From: Deltaproteobacteria bacterium | GTDB lineage: Bacteria; Myxococcota; Kuafuiibacteriia; Kuafuiibacteriales; Kuafuiibacteriaceae | Length of the DNA stretch: 64,000 nucleotides | Direction of reading: 5' to 3' | NCBI GenBank assembly: GCA_040218735.1 | Contig: JAVJQW010000049.1 | Span: 77,821-141,820, forward strand | In this document: positions 57,789 through 64,000 of the stretch, piece after piece | Position numbering within the stretch: position 1 is the stretch's first letter | Layout of the letters: each line of letters begins with the position of its first letter | The notes under the pieces: generated by a model | Seen by the model: the letters and a program-made list of their open reading frames with translations, nothing else | The model's database searches: none | Told to the model about the DNA's origin: nothing | Program-made: the position numbers and the translations under genes

Positions 57789-58427
57789 TTGTCCAAGAAC
57801 GTTTCAGGGAAGCGTTACGACGCCCGGTTCGATAACCGTAACGTGAAGGCCTGGTTTCGCATCGGTGCCGCGCTCTCGATCCTCGTCGCGTTACTCTCGA
57901 CGGCGTCGTCGAAGGCCGAGGACGCCTCACGCCTCTCGTTCGTCGCATCGGTCGCGAAGCTGCGCGTCGAGATGGACGTCCCGTCGGGGTACATCGCGTC
58001 GCAGTCCAGAACCCGCGACCCTGGGACGCGACTCCCGGTGCAAGCCGACGCCTGCACGCTTCGGCCCAACAACTGTACGGTCCATCTCCGCCCGGCCGAG
58101 CTCCCGCGCGGGTGGCGGATCTCTGCGTTCGTGCAGGTTCGGAAGCGGACGAGCGCACGCTCGCAGGCACATCGTGGCGTCGAGCAGACCTGTGACGAGG
58201 GCGAGACGAGCTGCTGGACGACCCGCGTACGCGATGGCGTGGTGCTGAGCACTCCGGTGTGGAAGAAGCTGAGCTTCGTACGCCGCGTCGTTGCACCCAC
58301 GCCGGGGTACATCGTGCACGCGGAACTCAACGCTGAGGGGATGCCGCTGAACGGTCCCGAGACGGAGGAGCTCCGCAAGCGCTTCGAGGCTGCGTTCGCC
58401 TCGATCCACGTCGTTCCGGCGCCCTAG
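57789..58427 (+). CDS. Hypothetical secreted/membrane-anchored protein
   Basis: Internal hydrophobic segment WFRIGAALSILVALLSTASS. Alternative GTG start at 57846. No recognisable domain. Confidence 0.45.
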   Translation: MSKNVSGKRYDARFDNRNVKAWFRIGAALSILVALLSTASSKAEDASRLSFVASVAKLRVEMDVPSGYIASQSRTRDPGTRLPVQADACTLRPNNCTVHLRPAELPRGWRISAFVQVRKRTSARSQAHRGVEQTCDEGETSCWTTRVRDGVVLSTPVWKKLSFVRRVVAPTPGYIVHAELNAEGMPLNGPETEELRKRFEAAFASIHVVPAP

Positions 58428-59188
58428 TCTCCCATGAACTGAACCAACGCCACGGTGATGTTGTCGGTCCCGCCGGCTTCGTTCGCCGCGTTGATCATCT
58501 GCTCGCACGCCGTCTCCAGATCCGGCGCGGACAAACAGATCTCCCGGATCGTGTCGTCGGTGATCATCCCGGACAGGCCGTCCGAGCAGAGGAGGTAGTG
58601 GTCGCCTTCCTTCGGGTCGAGGCGGTTCACGTCGACCTGCACGGTGTCCTTCATCCCGAGCGCGCGGACGATGACGTTTTTGTGCGGGAAGTTCTCGATC
58701 TCCTCGGGCGTGAGTTTGTTCGCCTTGATGTAGTCGTTGAGGAGCGAGTGGTCGTCGGTGATCTGCTCGATCTTCCCGTCGCGGATTCGGTACCCGCGCG
58801 AGTCGCCGACGTGGCCGAGGTAGGCGCCGCCCTGCGTGAAGAACGCGGTGACGATCGTCGTGCCCATCCCCTTGAAGCGCGCCTCGCGCGCCGCGGCCTC
58901 GTAGATGCGCTGGTTCGAGAACTTGATGGCCGCGACGAGGCGGTTCTCGTCATAGCGGAGGTTCTTCTCCTCCTTGAACGGCCACGTCACGTCTTCGTCA
59001 CGCGTCGTCATGCGGAAGAAGCTCATGATGGTCTCGACGGCCATCTGGCTCGCGACCTCCCCCGACGCGTGCCCACCCATCCCGTCTGCCACGATGTACA
59101 GACTCTCCTCGGGGAGCAGCGCGAGGTGATCCTCGTTGTGCGTTCGCTTCATCCCCACGTGTGTGAGGCCAGCGTATCTGAGCTTCAT
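58424..59188 (-). CDS. PP2C-family Ser/Thr protein phosphatase (Stp-like)
   Basis: ATG 59188 gives MKLRYAGLTHVGMKRTHNEDH..LYIVADGMGGHASGEVAS...GTTIV..HVGDSRGYR...DGLS..GGTDNITV, the PPM metal-binding motifs. Confidence 0.85.
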   Translation of the reverse strand: MKLRYAGLTHVGMKRTHNEDHLALLPEESLYIVADGMGGHASGEVASQMAVETIMSFFRMTTRDEDVTWPFKEEKNLRYDENRLVAAIKFSNQRIYEAAAREARFKGMGTTIVTAFFTQGGAYLGHVGDSRGYRIRDGKIEQITDDHSLLNDYIKANKLTPEEIENFPHKNVIVRALGMKDTVQVDVNRLDPKEGDHYLLCSDGLSGMITDDTIREICLSAPDLETACEQMINAANEAGGTDNITVALVQFMGD

Positions 59189-59237
59189 GGCACCCAAGAC
59201 TGGACCGCGCAGATGGTTTCTTTGCCCGGACCCGTAG

Positions 59238-60185
59238 TCAAGTCGCGGCCAGCGGGACACACCAACGGGACCCCTGAGAACGCCCGCGTTCGGGGGTTGT
59301 GCTTCCGAGGATCGTCCGATCGACGAGCACCACGTCCTCGAACGTCTCCCCGCGCCGCACGGTCACGTTCTCGCCCAGCACACACCCCTCGACCCGCGCG
59401 CCGGCCTCCACGCGGGCCCCGGACCACAACACCGAGCGCGACACCCGATCCGACTCGACCGACGCCCCCGGCGAGCAAACCACGTCCGGCCCCAGGCCCT
59501 CGGCGTGCGCCTGCACGTGCAGGCCGTGGTAGCGCTCGAGCGTCGAAAACTCCCACCAGCGCCCCTCGTCGAGCCGGCAGGCGTGCACCCGACCGGCCTC
59601 CAGGAAGGGCGGGTACACGTCGCGGATCGTGTCCGAGAACTTGGGCTCCGTCGCCGCGAGGACCTCGGGGCTCACCACGTGCAGCCCCGTGAAGAGCAGG
59701 GGGCTCGGCCCTTCGGGGACACGCCCCTCGCCGTAACCCGTCACCACTCCATCACGCACGCGCACCTCCCGGAAGTGCTCCCGCTTCGGGTTCGCGCGCA
59801 GGCCCAGCGTCACGGCGGCACCGGTCGACACGTGGTGTTCGAGCAGCCGCCCGATCTCCACCTGCGTGAACAGCTTCCCGTTGGCGATCAGCGTCGGGAC
59901 GTCACGCGACAGCAGCCCCGCGTCCCGCGCGTGGGCGAGCGCCCCCGCCGTGCCGAGGATCTCCACCTCGTGCGAGAACGCCACGTCGTGCCCCTCGAGC
60001 GCGGCCCGCACCGACTCCGGACGGTGGTGGGTGTTCACGACGATCCGATCCACGTGCGGTCGAAGCCAGTCGACCAGCCCCGCCACCAAAGGCCGCCCGA
60101 GGAACGGCACCGCCGGCTTCGCGCGGTCGGCGGTCAGCGGCCACAGGCGAGTACCGAGCCCCGCCGCCAGGACGATCGCCTGCAC
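59238..60185 (-). CDS. Sugar-phosphate nucleotidyltransferase (NTP_transferase N-domain + left-handed beta-helix C-domain)
   Basis: MQAIVLAAGLGTRLWPLTADRAKPAVPF, the G-x-G-T-R nucleotide-binding signature. C-terminal hexapeptide-like repeats (VEAGARVEGCVLGENVTV). Confidence 0.75.
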   Translation of the reverse strand: MQAIVLAAGLGTRLWPLTADRAKPAVPFLGRPLVAGLVDWLRPHVDRIVVNTHHRPESVRAALEGHDVAFSHEVEILGTAGALAHARDAGLLSRDVPTLIANGKLFTQVEIGRLLEHHVSTGAAVTLGLRANPKREHFREVRVRDGVVTGYGEGRVPEGPSPLLFTGLHVVSPEVLAATEPKFSDTIRDVYPPFLEAGRVHACRLDEGRWWEFSTLERYHGLHVQAHAEGLGPDVVCSPGASVESDRVSRSVLWSGARVEAGARVEGCVLGENVTVRRGETFEDVVLVDRTILGSTTPERGRSQGSRWCVPLAAT

Positions 60186-60186
60186 G

Positions 60187-62610
60187 TCACTCCCCAGCCC
60201 GCAGGAGGACGCGCTCGCGGAACGCCTCCATCCGGCCCTCGGCGTCCAGCAGGGCGTCCGCGTTCGTCGCCTGCTTCTCCGACAGCACGTCCACGCGGCG
60301 CTGCGCCTCCGCGAGGTCGCCGACGAACACCGTGTTCGACTCCTCGACCTTCACGAGCTGTCGCCGCGCCCGCTCCAGCGCGCGATCGATCTGTCGGGTC
60401 TGGCGCTTCAGACGCGCGATCTGAGCGTCGAGCTTCTTCGCCTCCGCGCGCTCCTCCTTGGACAGCTTCATCCTGAGGATCGGCAGCGGGGTCAGCTCGG
60501 CGACGATCGGCTCCGCGCCGAGCCGGTCCGCACGGAAGCGTTTCCGCCACCGCTTGAACCCGTGTTTGTTCATCGTGAGCGTGAAGCGCCCCGCTTTGGG
60601 GAGCAGCACGTCGTACGCGGGGGTCTCGCCGATGGCCTCGCCGTCGAGCTCCAGCGTCGCCCCCGGCGGCTCCGAGCTCACGTCGAGGCGCTGCGCGGGC
60701 GGGAGCGTCACATCCACGACGGACGCCGTCTCGGTCGTCGAGGCGATCACCACCCGCGTCGGGAGGTGCTCGTCGAGCTCCAGGGTGATCGTCGCGGTCT
60801 CGCCGAGCGCGATCGGCGCGAGCGATACCGGCGTCGGCTCCGCGAGCCGTGTGCCGTTCACCGCGACCACCGCGTCCGGCGGCGACGACCGCACCTCGAA
60901 GACACGCCCCGGAGCGAGGTCGAAGACGGCCTTGGTGTGTTTCGTCCCGGCCGGGATGCGGACCTCGGCGAACTTGGGGCGAACGGCGTGGTTCGTCTTC
61001 TCCACCCGCACCCGCAGCGGGCGGTCGAGCGGCAGCCGCTCCACCGTGTACGGGGTGGGCTTCGGCATCTTGCGCTCGTCGATGTAGATCGTGGCGCCTG
61101 CCGGCTCGGACGTCACCAGGATCGATCCGTACACGACCTGCGCTGCCGGCTTCGGGGCCGACTCACCCCCGACCGTCGCGATCACGCCGACCGCGACCAA
61201 CACCACCAGGAAGGCCCCGACGCCGAGCCAGACCACGGTGGGGATCGGCTTTCGAGGTTTGGGCGGCGACACCGGCCGCCCCGGGAGCACGGGCTTCGCG
61301 CCGCTCTTCGGGGGCGACTCGGCCTCCGCGTCCGGGTCGAACAACCGCTCGATCTGCGGCACGGAGATCGGCGGGACGGCGCGCTTCTGCGCGTCCTCGG
61401 ACGTCTGCGCGCCGAAGTACTGCATCGACTCCATCGTCGCGGAGTTCGGGACCAGCGCGATGTCCTCCTCGGCCGCTTCGGGCGGCGCCGACGGCCCGCC
61501 GGGGATCTTCAGCGACGGGACGTCCGAGCTGGGGAGCCGCAGCGCCGGCGCCGAGCGCCCCGAGTCGAGGAACTCACTGGGCCAGCCCTCTTGGTAGACG
61601 ATGGCCGTCCCCGTCGCCGCCTCCTGCTGAATCCACGTCTTGTCGAAGGACTCGTCGCCGGTCGGCGGCGGTGGCGCATCGATCGTCTGCTGCCCGACGA
61701 ACGCGTTGAAGACCTTGCGGAGGAACTCGTCGATCGGCTGTTCGGGCGGGAGCTGACGGCGAATCGTGGTGAGCTGCGCGAGGGTCTCCGCGGCCGATCC
61801 GGGCCGTGCGTCCGGCTCGAGCGCCACGAGCCGCTGCGCGAGCGCCGAGATCTCGGGCGGAGCGTCCTTTCGGTAGCCGCACAGCTTGGCGACGCGGGGC
61901 TGGATCGCGAGCACGCCGCGGACGTCGCCGCCCTCCGAGAGGACGCGCCGGGCCGAGACCAGCTCGGCGAGCATCACGCCGACGGAGAAGAGGTCGGCGC
62001 GCGGATCGATCGCGCCCCCCATCGCCTGCTCCGGCGCCATGTATCCCGGCTTGCCCTTGGCGGTGTGGGCGACCGTGACCTGCAGGCGCGCCTCGTGCCG
62101 CGCGATGCCGAAGTCCGACAGCTTCACGGCGCCCGCGCGGGAAAGCAGGACGTTCTGCGGAGAGACGTCCCGGTGCACGACGTTCATCGGGCGCCCCTCG
62201 AGGTCGGTCAGCCCGTGCGCGTAGTCGAGCGCCTTCACCAGACAGATGCACAGGTCGACGGCGGCGCCGAGCGAGAACCAACGCCGCTTCTCCGCGAGGA
62301 CCCGACAGAGCTTGGCGAGGCTCACACCGTCGACCAGCTCCATCGCCATGTACGGGGTGCCGTCGACCTCGCCGTAGTCGAACGTCTGGACCACGTTCGG
62401 GTGGTTCAGGAGCGCGCTGACGCGGGCCTCCTCCAGGAACATCCGCCGCAGGTTGGGGTCGCGGCTGAGCTCGGGCGCGATGCGCTTGAGCACACACGGC
62501 TTCACGACCCCGTCGGGTCCGAGCTGCCGGGCGAGGTGTACGTGGGCCATGCCGCCCTCGCCGGCGAGGGTCAGGAGCTGATAACGCCCGAAGATTTCCG
62601 GTTCGGTCAT
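60187..62610 (-). CDS. Ser/Thr protein kinase (Hanks-type) with Pro-rich linker, TM helix, PEGA domains and C-terminal coiled coil
   Basis: ATG 62610 gives MTEPEIFGRYQLLTLAGEGGMAHVHLA..VLKRI, HRDVSPQNVLL, DFGIARHE, APEQ. TM VVWLGVGAFLVVLVAVGVIATV. PEGA: GSILVTSEPAGATIYIDERKMPKPTPYTV. Coiled coil KLDAQIARLKRQTRQIDRALERARRQL. The N-terminal 80 aa of the listed 887-aa ORF are not supported and I reject them. Confidence 0.85.
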   Translation of the reverse strand: MTEPEIFGRYQLLTLAGEGGMAHVHLARQLGPDGVVKPCVLKRIAPELSRDPNLRRMFLEEARVSALLNHPNVVQTFDYGEVDGTPYMAMELVDGVSLAKLCRVLAEKRRWFSLGAAVDLCICLVKALDYAHGLTDLEGRPMNVVHRDVSPQNVLLSRAGAVKLSDFGIARHEARLQVTVAHTAKGKPGYMAPEQAMGGAIDPRADLFSVGVMLAELVSARRVLSEGGDVRGVLAIQPRVAKLCGYRKDAPPEISALAQRLVALEPDARPGSAAETLAQLTTIRRQLPPEQPIDEFLRKVFNAFVGQQTIDAPPPPTGDESFDKTWIQQEAATGTAIVYQEGWPSEFLDSGRSAPALRLPSSDVPSLKIPGGPSAPPEAAEEDIALVPNSATMESMQYFGAQTSEDAQKRAVPPISVPQIERLFDPDAEAESPPKSGAKPVLPGRPVSPPKPRKPIPTVVWLGVGAFLVVLVAVGVIATVGGESAPKPAAQVVYGSILVTSEPAGATIYIDERKMPKPTPYTVERLPLDRPLRVRVEKTNHAVRPKFAEVRIPAGTKHTKAVFDLAPGRVFEVRSSPPDAVVAVNGTRLAEPTPVSLAPIALGETATITLELDEHLPTRVVIASTTETASVVDVTLPPAQRLDVSSEPPGATLELDGEAIGETPAYDVLLPKAGRFTLTMNKHGFKRWRKRFRADRLGAEPIVAELTPLPILRMKLSKEERAEAKKLDAQIARLKRQTRQIDRALERARRQLVKVEESNTVFVGDLAEAQRRVDVLSEKQATNADALLDAEGRMEAFRERVLLRAGE

Positions 62611-62719
62611 GAAGGAATCGTGGGAACGTCCGATGGGACGGTAACGCGGAAGTGCACGCGGAAAAAGTCCAGGCTTGGCCCGGATACCCGGCATCGGCGT
62701 AGACTCCCCGAGGATCTCG

Positions 62720-63427
62720 ATGGGACGGTTCTTCGACAAACGCCGCTTCGCGGAGCGGCGACGCGCGAGCGCGCCACCGGACGAGGTGGGGCAAGCGCTG
62801 TTGAAGCGGTGGCGGAGGGGCGATCCGAACGCATTCTCCGACATCTTCAAGACGTACCGGAGCCTCGTCTACGGTGTGCTCCATCACTTGCTGTCGAACG
62901 ACCCGGAGCTCGAGGACGTCGTGCAGACCGCCTTCGTCGAGGTGTACCGGTCGCTGTCGAGCTTCGAGGGGCGCTCCAAGCTGTCGAGCTGGATCGCGCG
63001 CGTCGCGCTGCACACCGGGTATCACCACCTGCGTCGCCGCAAGAGCCGCAAGGCCGACTACGAGTCCGAGCACTGGGTGCCTGATCTCGTGGACACTTCG
63101 CCGCACGCGGATCCCGCGCGCCACGTCGAGCGTCAGGAGGCGATGCGGCGGGTCTACGAGATCCTCGACACACTCTCGGAGAAGAAACGCACCGTCTTCA
63201 TCCTGAACGACCTGCAGGGGCTCCCGCAGGAGGAGGTCGCGGAGGTCGTGGGCGTCAGCATCGCCACCGTCCGGACGCGCCTGTTCTACGCGCGCAAGGA
63301 GTTCTGGAAGAAGGCGAACAAGGATCCGATCCTCGCCGACCTCACCGACGCAGGGGCGAACGACGCCGCCGAGTTGACGCGCGCCAAAAACCGTCCCATC
63401 GATCGCGGGGGCGGGGACTCGGGTTGA
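62720..63427 (+). CDS. ECF-type RNA polymerase sigma-70 factor
   Basis: Region 2 VQTAFVEVYRSLSSFEGRSKLSSWIARVALHTGYHHLRRR. Region 4 VFILNDLQGLPQEEVAEVVGVSIATVRTRLFYARKEF. Confidence 0.85.
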   Translation: MGRFFDKRRFAERRRASAPPDEVGQALLKRWRRGDPNAFSDIFKTYRSLVYGVLHHLLSNDPELEDVVQTAFVEVYRSLSSFEGRSKLSSWIARVALHTGYHHLRRRKSRKADYESEHWVPDLVDTSPHADPARHVERQEAMRRVYEILDTLSEKKRTVFILNDLQGLPQEEVAEVVGVSIATVRTRLFYARKEFWKKANKDPILADLTDAGANDAAELTRAKNRPIDRGGGDSG

Positions 63428-64000
63428 AGGTTGTCGCAGCGCTCCTCTCGGTTCTGTACTTCGGTGCGGTGATCACGCTCGTGGTGAAGTGGACGAGCTT
63501 CACCGACTACCTCGAACGTCCCGGTGAAACCTCCGACGCCGAAGCGATCGAGGTCGTCGTGGTCCCGGAAGGCACCACGGCCACCGACGTGCCCGGCCTG
63601 CTCGCGAAGGCCGGCCTGCTCGACGACCCGGAACCGTTTCAGCGCTACGTCGACGACTTCCACATCGCGCGTCCGATCAAACCCGGCGAGTACGCGGTCA
63701 CGCGCAGCATGACGCCGGTGCAGAAGCTCGGCCGTATCGAGAGCGGTCAGCTCGTCACGTACACGGTCGCGATTCGACCGGGGGCGACGGCGAACGACGT
63801 GCTCGGCGTGCTCGCGTCGCAGACGTTGGGTGACGAGGCCGAGCTCGCTCGACTCGTGCACGACGCGGAGTTCGCGAAGTCCCTCGGCGTGAACGGGACG
63901 TCGCTGGAAGGTTTTCTGTACCCCGACGCCTACGACCTGCCGCGCGGGCTCACGGCGAAGGCGCTCCTGTCGCAGCTCGTCGAACGACACCGGGTGGTCG
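63424..64000 (+). CDS. mltG: MltG/YceG-like endolytic transglycosylase (3' partial; runs off the window end)
   Basis: TTG 63424 overlaps the sigma-factor stop. N-terminal TM AALLSVLYFGAVITLVV. YTVAIRPGATANDV and the conserved GFLYPDAYDLP motif. The frame stays open to the window end. It is absent from the ORF track because there is no in-window stop. Confidence 0.7.
   Translation, partial: MKVVAALLSVLYFGAVITLVVKWTSFTDYLERPGETSDAEAIEVVVVPEGTTATDVPGLLAKAGLLDDPEPFQRYVDDFHIARPIKPGEYAVTRSMTPVQKLGRIESGQLVTYTVAIRPGATANDVLGVLASQTLGDEAELARLVHDAEFAKSLGVNGTSLEGFLYPDAYDLPRGLTAKALLSQLVERHRVV

Noticed and set aside
59866-63084. 1072-aa + strand ORF
   Set aside because: Antisense to the nucleotidyltransferase and kinase genes. 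Arg/Glu/Leu-rich with no motifs.

Overview
This is a 64 kb segment with about 70% GC, densely coded on both strands. I call roughly 56 protein genes and one tRNA-Glu(UUC). I found no rRNA and no CRISPR array. The gene content points to a myxobacterial-type (Myxococcota) chromosome:
- three eukaryotic-like Ser/Thr kinases with C-terminal PEGA domains, a PP2C phosphatase and an ECF sigma factor;
- a J-domain/TPR protein;
- many lipoproteins, and Tat-signal proteins.

Housekeeping and accessory enzymes called from motifs:
- PhoD alkaline phosphatase;
- an amidohydrolase next to a COG0523/CobW GTPase;
- an LldD-type FMN dehydrogenase;
- a GMC oxidoreductase with a translationally coupled small membrane subunit;
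- a CPA2/Kef antiporter with an RCK_C domain;
- an MBL-fold hydrolase;
- an acyl-CoA desaturase;
- an AstE/AspA-family hydrolase;
- a regulator-ABC exporter operon.

The most interesting signals:
1. A divergent gene pair at 9.3-14.3 kb. The 1154-aa product combines a large unknown N-terminal region with a PEP-utilizing phosphohistidine ('swivel') domain, followed by a PPDK_N-type ATP-binding domain. That order is permuted relative to PEP synthase and rifampin phosphotransferase. The promoter region between the two genes is unusually rich in palindromes and direct repeats.
2. A REP-associated tyrosine transposase (RAYT, HUH-Y1) gene. It has two ~232-bp tandem repeats immediately upstream and two 52-bp palindromic tandem repeats downstream, and the downstream repeats span the stop codons of both neighbouring genes.
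3. Two paralogous operons pairing a DUF1592/DUF1588-like CxxCH protein with a DUF1552-like Tat-secreted protein.
4. An acidic, disordered protein with five 'GAQTIAMS' peptide repeats, encoded by a dispersed 21-bp DNA repeat.
5. A 1291-aa alpha-helical lipoprotein with no recognisable domain, next to the tRNA-Glu.

Many long Arg/Ala/Gly-rich ORFs in the six-frame track are antisense artefacts of the high GC content, and I rejected them.
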